From Macrostomum lignano (taxonomy: Eukaryota), in assembly GCA_002269645.1 (NCBI GenBank), contig NIVC01002678.1, positions 62,001 to 126,000 on the forward strand: 64,000 nt of DNA. The letters are read 5' to 3'. Positions 10,414 through 22,164 of this stretch are shown here, piece by piece. Every line of letters begins with the position of its first letter. Within the stretch, counting starts at the first letter, position 1. Under the pieces are notes generated by a model. It worked only from the letters and a program-made list of their open reading frames with translations. It made no database searches and was not told the origin of the DNA. The translations under genes were made by a program, and so were the position numbers.

Positions 10414-12540
10414 CTAGCAATAGTTGACCCCCCTTCGGGGAGAGTATTTAGTACAGTTATTTATCGCAATTGATTAACTAATATTCATAATAATCTCTCT
10501 TATTCACCGTATCTATAATTCAATATGAATATTCATAAATCAATTTTTATATTCATTCTTATTCATAGGTCTCATTCATTTAGTCATTAATATTTTATTA
10601 CACTACAATACACCACAGAAAGAAAGAACTCAAGCTATCTCCATTACAGAATAGAGGATCGAAAAGTAAGAAGGAGAATGTTGGCTATAGACAATTATAG
10701 CAATTTTAGCCCCCCTCCGGGGAGATGCTCAGGTTCAGAGCAATGAATTGATTATATTATTTATTTGAAAACAATAGTTATTTTTTCTTGTATTATTCTC
10801 TTATTTTTTACTGAATCAGATGCATACAGCGTTTATTGTATTATTTTTTTAGTATCAACAATCAATCAGAATTATTATCAGAATAACATTGCTGCTTCTG
10901 CAACACCCAACCCCGGAGATTGACAGTGTGCACTTTATTGTTATTAAACTTAGCAGCTGCAACACCCAACACCAGAGATTGACTGTGTTGCTTTATCAAT
11001 GACAATTCTTTTTAATCGTCCTCATTGATAGTAGAATGCGACGGTCCAGCGATTGGAGTAGACTCCATTTGGCCCAGTGACACGTCGCCTCCGCGTTTGT
11101 CTCGCGAAAAAATAAAATGACAGACTTGACGGTGGCACAAACTTCAACGTTCAAGTGGCATGCGAACTGGAGCAGCAGGTCAGGGTTGTATGACACAACC
11201 CACCTAGAGAAAGAAGAAGAAGAAGAAGATAGGAAAGATAGGAAGATAGGATTTAACTGTATAGTACAGAAATGCTATGGCTAAGCATCTGCAGACTCAC
11301 CTGTTGTCCATTCGGATGCTGCGGCCCTTGAACAGTTTGTCCACCGTGAAGCCTCCCATCTCGGGAGAGCGCCTCCTGTAGAACGGGTACCCGGTGTCGC
11401 TGGTCAGCGTCTCCGGCTGAAAGTCCTTCGGGAAGGCCTTGCTGCACTTGCCGTTCTCCATGCAAGGGCAGGCCGGGTTCAGCTCGCCACACGGTCCGTG
11501 GATCATGTGGATCTTGACCAGCTCGTACAGCACTGGCTGCCGCTGTGGGTCTGGGATCTCCGCAGACACGATGGCATCGTAGCGATCCGGAGTGACTCGA
11601 CTTCCGTTTGCCAGCCACAGCAGAAAGTGCACATGGGGAAGGCCTGTGTTGAATGTTTTATAAATAAGTAATGTCTATAGCGGCATCGGTTTCATGCGGT
11701 GTGCCACGTAGCTGGTCGCACACGGCATGAAAAAAGCAGTTGCCATCGCCAATGGTGGTATTGACCTGCAACTGACTAAAGGGCACAATAGATTCGACAC
11801 AAGGTAACCTGGTGACAGATTCACCGCGCCGACAATCAGCCTGTCTCTGCCGCTGCTCTTCCAGACGGGTAATCCGCTCAGCCTCGTCCTCAGCAGCGCG
11901 AAACTCAGCCTGTCTCTGCCGCTGCTCTTCCAGACGGGCAATCCGCTCAGCCTCGTCTTCAGCAACGCGACACTCAGCCTGTCTCTGCCGCTGTTCCTCC
12001 AGACGGGCAATCCGCTCAGCCTCGTCTTCAGCAACGCGACATTCAGCCTGTCTCTGCCGCTGCTCTTCCAGACGGGCATCGCGCTCTCCAGCAGACTCGG
12101 CCAGTCGTCTTTTCTTTGCGTCACGGCTTCTCTTCAAATGGCTTGCGCCACGGCGCACCATCATACAGTGGGGCTAAATAGATAAAGCACTATTAGATGG
12201 TTCAAAAACCAAAGAAAAGAAAGAAGGAAAGGAAGCAGTGGGCTACATAAAAACCAAGCAGCCTACAGCTATTAGCATTATAATCTATGGCCAAAACCGT
12301 TTGCAAGCTCTCACTGCCGAAAAAATACATTAGCGAGATGGGCAAAAACCTGTTTTCTGACAATTGAGAGGCCTCTTTAATTTGGATAGCTTATTAAAAA
12401 TACGTGTACCGATTCCGGACAATTTGCCATCTAATGGTGCAAAAACGGAGAAAATCGGTCATTCCGTTCGCAAGATTTTCTGTTACAAGCAAACAAACAA
12501 ACAAACAAACTCAACTTTAGTATATATTTAGTATATAAGA
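10414..12540 (-). mobile_element. Helitron family A deletion derivative, unit 3 (near-identical tandem copy of unit 2)
   Basis: Offset 2127-2128 bp with only a few SNPs/indels. Rep fragment at 11119-11644; coiled-coil/OTU at 11658-12164. Confidence 0.92.
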
Positions 12541-14981
12541 CTAGCAATTTAAGCCCCCCGTTGGGGGACGCAAGAATGATGCCAAATGGTTTTTATTCTG
12601 GCCTATGAGTAATAACCTTACTTATTATTCAAAATCCATTAATCAAAACTTACTTTTCATTATTCAAAATTCTTATCCTTACTTATCCTTAATCCTTACT
12701 TATTTAATCAAAACTTACTTTTTCTCATTTTTAGCAAAAATAAATTGCCATGAATCAAAACCTTCACCAGCCAAAGTTTCCTTCATCAGCTCAAAAGCCT
12801 TTCTCATTCAGCAAATAGTACTTATCCTTTCAAGCACAAACTCTTAGTGCATATCGTCATTGGCCTGGGCATATTCTGGTCCGCAGCAGGAGCTCAATAT
12901 GCCATAAGCCTTGATGACATCTCAATAATTTCCCCAGTAAGCCTTGACATCTCAGCAATTACCCCAGTAAGCCTTGAAATCTCAGCAATTCCCCGAGTAA
13001 GCCTTGAAATCTCAGCAATTCCCCAGTAAGCCTTGACATCTCAGCAATTCCCCCAGTTAGCCTTGACAACTCAGCAATTCTCCCCAGTAAGCCTTGACAT
13101 CTCAGCAATTCCCCAAAGTAAGCCTTGACATCTCAGCGATTCCCCCAGTAAGCCTTGACATCTCAGCAATTCCCCCAGTTAGCCTTGACATCTCAGTAAT
13201 TCCCCCGGTTAGCCTTGACATCTCAGAATTCCCCCAGTAAGCCTTGAAATCTCAGCAATTCCCCGAGTAAGCCTTGAAATCTCAGAAATTCCCCCAGTAA
13301 GCCTTGAAGTCTCAGCAATTCCCCCAAGTAAGCCTTGACATCTCAGAAATTCCCCCAGTAAGCCTCGAAGTCTCAGCGATTCCCCCAAGTAAGCCTTGAC
13401 ATCTCAGCAATTCCCCCAGTAAACATTGACAATTCAACAATTCCTCCTAGTAAGCCTTGACATCTCAGCAATTCCCCCCAGCAAGCCTTGAAATCTCAGC
13501 AATTCCCCGAGTAAGCCTTGAAATCTCAGAAATTCCCCCAGTAAGCCTTGAAGTCTCAGCAATTCCCCCAAGTAAGCCTTGACATCTCAGAAATTCCCCC
13601 AGTAAGCCTCGAAGTCTCAGCGATTCCCCCAAGTAAGCCTTGACATCTCAGCAATTCCCCTAGTTAGCCTTGACATCTCAGTAATTCCCCCAGTTAGCCT
13701 TGACATCTCAACAATTCTTCCAGTTGCCATGAATCAAAACCTTCACAAGCCAAAGTTTCCTTCATCAGCTCAAAACCCTTTCTCATTCACGTAATTATCC
13801 TTTCAAGCACAAACTCTTTGGGCATATCGTCATTGGCCTGGGCATATTCTGGTCTGCAGCAGAAGCTCAATATGCCATAAGCCTTGATGACATCTCAGCA
13901 ATTTCCCCAGTAAGCCTTGACATCGCAGCAACGCGAAGTCGAGCCTTGGCATCTACGCAATTCTCCCAGCCCAGTAAGCCTCGAGATTGCAGCAATTACC
14001 CCAGTAAGCCTTGACATCTCAACAATTCCCCCAGTAAGCCAGATAAATTTGCTGCTTAAATGCAGACTCCAACTGCCGACCATCTGCTTAGCCTATGCCT
14101 GTTATTGCTTGTCTACAGTAATTCAGTAATTCGTGTAGCTTGTAGCTTCTCTTCTAATCCCGCAAAACAGAATGCAGTCATACTATTAACAGCCTGCAGA
14201 TATCCACTTTGCCGTCTACAACTTTCATTTACATCAGCAAACTACAAGCAGAATACAGTTATCCCATCAATAAACTTGCAATTAATCATTCACAGTTATT
14301 ATCCACTAAAACTCTGTAGATAGTTATCCCATCGGCAGTTTGCAGCTATACACTACACTCATAAGTCTGGAGGAACTACCTCAGCAGTTTTTCGTTTTTC
14401 AACTTTGCAATCTTTTGCACAACACAGCTTTTAGCAATACTTTCAGCAGTTTAGCAACATCGTCTGCTTTTTAGCGATTTAGTTTAGCGATTTCTTAGAC
14501 CTAGGCAATAACAAATATTGATGGGATAACTGATAGTGGAAGCTAATTATTACTAATTAATAAAAAATAGTTGCTTTTAATCAAAAAATGTTCGATTAGT
14601 CCAGGCACAAGCTACAAATAAAGAAAATTAATTAATTATATTTTCATCTCTCTCGTGCATACTCTGAAGCTTTCGAATATTTAATTATTTATAGCTCGCA
14701 GCATCAGCTCAAGAAGTTAAAGTTTAGTCTATGGCCATAGACGTATTATCATTTTTCGAGCTCTCACTGCGAGAAAAATACACTAATTAGATAGGGAAAA
14801 TACAGTTTTTTTAATATTTAAGACCTTTAGAATTGAAGCAGATAAAAGAAATGTTAACCATACAATCCTTGGCTGAGTTGCAATCTTTTGGTGAAAACGC
14901 GATCGAAATTGGTCAAGAATTGCAGTCTGTAGAGCGTTTTACACGGACAGACATAGATTAGAGATTTAGTATATAAGAAGA
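12541..14981 (-). mobile_element. Non-autonomous Helitron family B, unit 4, with 30-bp minisatellite
   Basis: Plus-strand CTAGCAATTTAAGCCCCCC-GTT-GGGGG end; 5' TCTTCTTATATACTAAATC. AGTAAGCCTTGACATCTCAGCAATTCCCCC arrays at about 12905-13730 and 13880-14040. Confidence 0.85.
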
Positions 14982-16891
14982 CTAGCAATTTAAGCCCCCC
15001 GTTGGGGGACGCAAGAATGACGCCAAATGGTTTTTATTTTGTCCAATGAGTAATAACCTTACTTATTATTCAAAATCCATTCATCAAAACTTACTTTTTC
15101 TCATTTTTAGCAAAAATAAATTGCCATGAATAAAAACCTTAACCAGCCAAAGTTTCCTTCATCAGCTCAAAAGCCTTTCTCATTCAGCAAATAGTACTTA
15201 TCCTTTCAAGCACAAACTCTTAGTGCATATCGTCATTGGCCTGGGCATATTCTGGTCCGCAGCAGGAGCTCAATATGCCATAAGCCTTGATGACATCTCA
15301 ATAATTTCCCCAGTAAGCCTTGACATCTCAGCAATTACCCCAGTAAGCCTTGACAACTCAGCAATTCCCCCAGTAAGCCTTGACAACTCAGCAATTCCCC
15401 CCAGTAAGCCTTGAAATCTTAGCAATACCCCCAGTTAGCCTTGACATCTCAGCAATTCCCCCAGTAAGCCTTGACAACTCAGAGATTCCCCCAGTAAGCC
15501 TTGACATCTCAGCAATTCCCCCAGTAAGCCTTGACATCTCAGCAATTACCCCAGTAAGCCTTGACATCTCAGCAATTCCCCCAGTAAGCCTTGACAACTC
15601 AGAAATTCCCCCAGTAAGCCTTGAAATCTCAGTAATTCCCCCCAGCAAGCCTTGAAATCTCAGTAATTTCCCAGTAAGTCTCGAATCTCAGTAATTCCAC
15701 CAGTAAGTCTTGACTTCTTACAATTCCCCTAAGTAAGCCTTGACATTTCAGTAATTCCCTCAGTAAGCCTTGACATCTCAGTAATTCCCCCAGTAAGCCT
15801 TGACATCTCAGCAATTCCCCCCAGTAAACCTTGACATCGCAGCAATTAAACTCGAGCCATGGCATCTACGCAATTCTCCCAGTCCAGTAAGCCTCGAGAT
15901 TGCAGCAATTACCCCAGTAAGCCTTGACCCTTGACATCTCAGCAATTCCCCCCAGTAAGCCAGATAAATTTGCTGCTTCAATGCAGACTCCAACTGCCTA
16001 CCATCTGCTTAGCCTATGCCTGTTATTGCTTGTCTACAGTAATTCAGTAATTCTTGAAAGTAGCTATCCCTTCTAATCCCGCAAAACAGAATGCAGTCAT
16101 ACTATTAACAGCCTGCAGATATCCACTTTGCCGTCTACAACTTTCATTAACATCAGCAAACTACAATAATTCACTCAGCAGAATACAGTTATCCCCTCAA
16201 TAAACTTGCAATTAATCATTCACAGTTATTATCCACTAAAACTCTGTAGATAGTTATCCCATCGGCAGTTTGCAGCTATACACTACACTCATAAGTCTGG
16301 AGGAACTACCTCAGCAGTTTTTCGTTTTTCAACTTTGCAATCTTTTGCACAACACAGCTTTTAGCAATACTTTCAGCAGTTTAGCAACATCGTCTGCTTT
16401 TTAGCGATTTCTTAGACCTAGGCAATAACAATTCATGGGATAACTGATAGTCGAAGCTAATTATTACTAATTAAAAAAAATAGTTGCTTTTAATCAAAAA
16501 TGTTCGATTAGTCCAGGCACAAGCTACAAATAAAGAAAATTAATTTAATATATTTTTATCTCCCTCGTGCATACTCTGAAGCTTGCGAATAATTTAATTA
16601 TTTATAGCTCGTAGCATCAGCTCAAGAAGTTAAAGTTTAGTCTATGGCCATAGACGTATTATTATTTTTCGAGCTCTCACTGCGAGAAAAATACACTAAT
16701 TAGATAGGGAAAATACAGTTTTTTGAATATTTAAGACCTTTAGAATTGAAGCAGATAAAAAAAATGTTAACCATACAATCCTTGGTTGAGTTGCAATTGT
16801 TTGGTGAAAACGCAATCAAAATTGGTCAAGAATTGCAGTCTGTAGAGCGTTTTACACGGACAGACATAGATTAGAGATTTAGTATATAAGA
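14982..16891 (-). mobile_element. Non-autonomous Helitron family B, unit 5, with 30-bp minisatellite
   Basis: Same termini as unit 4, with a shorter array at about 15255-15960. Confidence 0.85.
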
Positions 16892-19546
16892 CTAGAGAAT
16901 TTGCCCCCCTTCGGGGGGGGGGGAGACTGTACAGTTCTCTTTGGATTAGACGCAATCTTCCATTGGATTTTTAAGGCCTAAATTAACAATCAAATAAAAC
17001 CGACGTCCATTTTGTACTCAAAAGTATGCTGATATACAGAACAAGTAAGAAAAGCATCCGACCATGGACATGTTGAAGTTATTGCGGGCAAACTTATCAC
17101 TTTTTATTTCAGAGACTCGCTTTAAATTATTACTTTTAGCATGTGGCATAAGGTTACAATTGTATTTTTGCGGGTGAATTTAGTTAGTTAGTATAGTTTA
17201 GTTAGTTGGGTTAGTTTAGTTTTATTCGATTAAAAATTCTGGAACAAATTTAAGTAGTAGTTAATTTGCTTGAAAGTTTGAGAACAAAAGTTTGATCTAG
17301 CAAATTGAAATTTTCAGCAGCATTGAATCTTAACGTAATCTCAAAGAAGCTTAAAATATCGAAAGTTGCCTTAAGACTGCGAGCATAATTGTTCGTTTCA
17401 TGAAGTAGTGTCTGTAAAATCTGCAACAGCTCTGGTTTCAAGCCTCGATGAAATTGTAGGCGCGTGTCCAACTCCTTGTCCAAGAAGTACACTTGCCATC
17501 CATCAGACCTCGTGGAGTCATCGGGAATTAATGGTCAGATATGGTGATGCACTTGGCCATTGATGATTAAACTTGGATTCCAGCCTTTCATTTGGTTAAG
17601 CCGCGCACCAAATGAGGTCAGATGAAGAGCAAAGTTGTAAGTGCGAACATGAGACAAAAATTCTTTGCTTAGCCTATGACTGCCGTTATACAGATCTACT
17701 AAAAGTTGTGGAACTGTCCGTGAATCGAGATGTACTTTATTTTTGGCGCAGCAAATTCCGATCGACTCAGATTTCCAACGAAGGCCAGAGCACCATTCAC
17801 ACTGTATGTTCATGCGTCCAAGATCGTGAACTGTTTTTTGATCATGAAGAGTATTAGCATTTGGACAGAGTTCTTCCTCAGGTTCGTCGAAGTCTATTGA
17901 TATCATAACAGGAGAATCAGGCCGAGAAGCTTCAATCAAATTGACCTGATCGTCATTCAGACGCAATGACTCATAATGCTCCATATGCCGATTATAGAGC
18001 AGCCTCACAGTGGCAAGAGGTGGCCTGGTGGCTGATAGTGAACCCTGAAAAAGGTTCATCTTGTTGGTGTCGCAATCGTCAAGTTGATAAATTTCAAAGT
18101 CTACACCAAAGATTCTGTCGAGTAGAGGCATTACGAAATTGTTCACATAGATTTGATCTTGTCATGTTTCAAAAACAATCTCGTTAACTGTGAGGCCTTG
18201 TGACTGCAGTAGCTCGGTCTGCCCCTTCAACAAACTGGACGCACCAGTAGCCATTAAGCTTCGAATTTTGCGATGATCAAGATATTGCAACGGCGTTCCT
18301 GCAAACTGATCAGATACTGCCCGAAAAAAAGCAATTGCCATCGCCTCTGATAGGAGTGATTTTTACCCCATCTTTCAGTAGAAATGGAACATTTTCCTTA
18401 ATGGAAGCATCACCTGAGCCTTGAATATTATTGCGTCTTAGGTCTGCGCGCTTCCGATTGTTCGCGAGTCGGATATGCCGTACAACATCAGTCTCTGTAG
18501 CGCGTTTATTAGCGACATGAATACCAATTGCGTCCCGTCTGTCTGCGCGCACTGCGTCAGTCTCTGTGGCACGTTGTTTCGAAGCGCGAACACGCGCAGC
18601 ATCCAATCTTGAGGCGCGTGCTGCGTCTGTCTCAGTAGCTCGCATATCGGCGTCGTGGGCACGTGCGGCGTTCAATCGAGAGACACGCCCTGCGTCTGAC
18701 TCAGTAGCTCGCCTTTCAGCCGCGCGAACACGCGCGGCATCTAACCTGTCAGACCGTGCACTTATGGATTCGTTCTGTATACGCTTCCGACCATACTCTA
18801 GTTGTTTCTCAAGCCGCGAATTACGCTCCTCCGCTGTTTCCTGCCGACGACGCAATTTTGCTTCCCGACTCTTTACTAACTCACTCTTTCGCTTCCTCTT
18901 CGGCATGAGCGACAGCACACCCGCGCCCAGGTATCAAAAACTAAGAGACACATTCACATGAAATTGTTGAGACCGGTCGACCGGTTCAGGCCGACAAATA
19001 ATTGAACAACAAACAGAAGATCAGACAGGTCGACCGGTTCAGGCCGACAAACAAACAAACAGAAGATCAGACAAATCACTCCAATCCAGCACGAATACGA
19101 ATGAATCGAAGTTGAACAGACTCACCGGTTGAACTCACCGGTTGAACTCACCTTAAAGAACTTCAAGGTTATAAAATCAATGCGAGAAAAATACACTATA
19201 TAATTAGCTTTATATATTGAAAGACTTTATTTAGACTCGAGCCGCCGCTGCTGGTGCTGCTGATGCTGCGGCCGCGTAGTCAACTTCACGGACCACCATA
19301 GATATAAAATTGAAAATTTAACTCTGACTGCGAGAAAAATACACTAATTAGATAGGCGAAATACAGTATTTCTCCAATTTGAGAGGCTTCACACTACGAC
19401 ATCAAAATGAAAATTAGACCACATGGTCCCAGTAGAATTCCACATCGAATGAAACAAATTTGACGAAAATCTACCAAGTGGTTCAAGAGGAGATGCGAAA
19501 CTTATAAACAAAGTTACAAACATTTTCAGATTTAGTATATAAGAGA
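16892..19546 (-). mobile_element. Helitron family C deletion derivative, unit 6
   Basis: CTAG followed by a CCCCCC-TTC-GGGGGG hairpin at 16892-16925; 5' TCTCTTATATACTAAATC; carries RepHel N-terminal coding remnants. Confidence 0.88.
17250..18918 (-). pseudogene. Helitron RepHel N-terminus: coiled-coil repeats, OTU protease, Cys-rich Zn region
   Basis: Repeats ATETDAARASRLDAARVRA; PIRGDGNCFF (frameshift at a T-run near 18325); LLYNRHMEHYESL (OTU His box); LGRMNIQCEWC...CCAKNKV, YNFALHLTSFGA and INGQVHHHI*PLIP (nonsense codon where Gly is expected). Confidence 0.85.
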
Positions 19547-22164
19547 CGAGGCCAACTCTTCCGATGGAGGAGAAAGGGGAAGAACTCCCATCATCGGAAT
19601 TCCATTCCCTGAAATCCATCAGCTGAATCCCATTATCCAAATAAGCTCCGCGAAACTGAAAACCATCGAAATTCTCTCCGTGAAAGAGAAATCCTCTCCG
19701 TGAAACTGAAAACCATCGAAATTCTCTCCGTGAAAGAGAAATCCTCTCCGTAAAACTGAAAACCATCGAAATTCTCTCCGTGAAACTGGACTGAATCAAA
19801 ATTTTCTCCGTCAAAAAGAACTCAACACTCAGGATTCAGTGGTTAGGGTTAGGGTTAGAGCTGCACAGAGCTGCCTAACCTTTAAAAGGCGCCGATAAGT
19901 AAAAATTGAACCAATTGAATTAATTGACTGCGCAATTTATTTCTCAGTCAGTCAGTATCACTCTCAGTTAAAGTTAACAAAATGATTGCGCAATTTAAAT
20001 CAACCATCCAACACACAGTGACCGAGCCCCTCCAATACACAGCGGCAAGTAAAAGTTGAACCCCCCCCCCAACTTTATATCCGACCTATCGCAAAAATAA
20101 GTACACTCTGCAAAAAGTTCAAAGTATGGAAGTCGTTTTTAAATGCCCTGCTATAGTTTTAATATTTAAAGCAAACAACTTTTATCCCCGAACTCAGCGT
20201 TGGAAAATATTTCCAGCAATGTAAGTCTCTCCTCTCAGAGTTTAAAACTTAAGGAACAGTTAGCATTTGAAATTTTCCGATTCCCTAACTGCTTGCTGCA
20301 TTGAGCTGAGACAGAGGCTTGCAAGTTTATTTCATTGAATTTCACTGCCCAGCAAATACACAGGGCTGCGTCTTGAAAGGCGCCGATAATAAAACCAATT
20401 GAATCTCGACCCGTCCTAACTATTGCTATTTACACTCAGCCCAAGCCCAACCCCCCCATTCTGATTAAATTAACTGCACCCCCAACACGCGGAGGTTTTA
20501 TTTGCATTTGCACCCACCCCCCCCCTTCCCCCCAAATACACAGCGACCCGCGGGCGGAGGTTGGGGTGGCTATTTTTACAAACAGACTGCAACCCCTCTA
20601 CTGGAGAGACAGAGTGGCCACAGGAGGGCCAAAGAAGGTTAGGAAATTAGTTTTCTGCTTTTTTAGGGATCTCAAAATGAGAAAATGAAATATTAAAATA
20701 GCTATAAACCCAGTCCGGAAAATTTGCAGTTTTCCCATATAAGTTTCAACGCTGACTTGCCAGTAGTTTAGGAGAAAAATTGCAACACACATACATACAG
20801 ACAAACAAACAAACATCGCAGCAGTTTTAGTATTAACGAGGCCAACTCCTCCGCTGGAGGAGAAAGGGGAAGAACTCCCATCACCGGAATTCCATTCCCT
20901 GAAATCCACCAACTGAATCCCATCATCCAACTCCTCACCGCAAAACTGAACACCATCGAAATCCTCTCCGCGAAACAGAAATCCTCTCCGTGAAACTGAA
21001 CTCCAAGGAAATCCTCTGCGTGAAACTAAAATCCATCAAAATTGTCTCCGTAAAACAGAAATACATCAAAATTCTCTCCACGAAACAGAAATCGTCTCCG
21101 GGAAACTGAAAACCATCGAAATCCTCTCCGCAAGACAGAAATCCTCTCCAAGAAACTGAAAACCATTGAAATTCCCTCCGTGAAACTGGATTCAATCGAA
21201 ATTTTCTCCGTCAAAGGGAATTAACTCCCAGGATTCAATGGTTAGGGTTAGGGTTAGGGTTATGGTTAGAGCTACACACAGCAGCGTGTTGAAAGGCGCC
21301 GATAAAAAAATTGAACCAATTGAATCAGTTGAATGCGCAACCAATTTCATAGTCATTCAGTATCAGTCTCGGTAAAATTAGGAAAAAAAATTGCGCAATC
21401 TAAATCAACCCTCCAATACACAGCGACCGACCCCTTCCAATACGCAGTGAAGGTTAGAAATTCAACCCCCCCCCCTAACTGTTGGGGTGTCGGTCGAACC
21501 CCCATTGAACCCGTAAAATGAGTACAATCTTTGCAGAGAGTTAAAAGTATTGAAATATCGTCTTTGCTTTTGCTTTGCTTTTTGCTTTCATATTTAAAGC
21601 AAACAACTTATATCCTCGAAGTCAGCATTGAAAGATCTTTCCAGCAATATAAGTCTCTTCTCTCAGAGTTCAAAACTCGAGGAACAGTTGGCGTTTGAAA
21701 TATCCCAATTTAAAGCATTGAACTATCGAGTGTACGCATACGTGCACTGCCTGCTAAAAAGGCTTGCAAGTTTATTCATTGAATTCCACTGCCGCCCCAG
21801 CACCCTCAACACAGGGGGGTTTGGTTAAGTTCTCAGTGCACACAGTTGTGGCGCAATCGCTAAAAATTGATGTCAACCGGCCCAGCTTACACCCCTTCAG
21901 TTGAAAGAATACACTGCACAGATAGGCCGGCTGTTGTGGCGCAATCATTGCAAATTACGCAAGATGTTCATATTCCCCTATTGTTCTACGATTTCTGCTT
22001 TTTTAGGGATCTTAAAATTTGAAAATAAAAAATTTAAATAGCCCACTGCCATCCTCGGAAAATTTGCAGTTTTCCCATATAAGTTTCAACGCTGACTTGC
22101 AAGTCGTCTAGGAGGAGATGTGTATCACACAAACAGACAAACAACGCACCAACTTTAGTATTAA
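19547..22164 (-). mobile_element. Non-autonomous Helitron family D, short units 7 (19547-20836) and 8 (20837-22164)
   Basis: 3' end CTCG with a CTC(C/T)TCC-N3-GGAGGAG hairpin. GAAACTGAAAACCATCGAAATCCTCTCCGT-type minisatellite, TTAGGG repeats, and (TTTG)n near the 5' end. Confidence 0.75.

Noticed and set aside
12847-15993. PVSLDISAIP-repeat ORFs
   Set aside because: Translation of a 30-bp minisatellite with frequent indels between copies.
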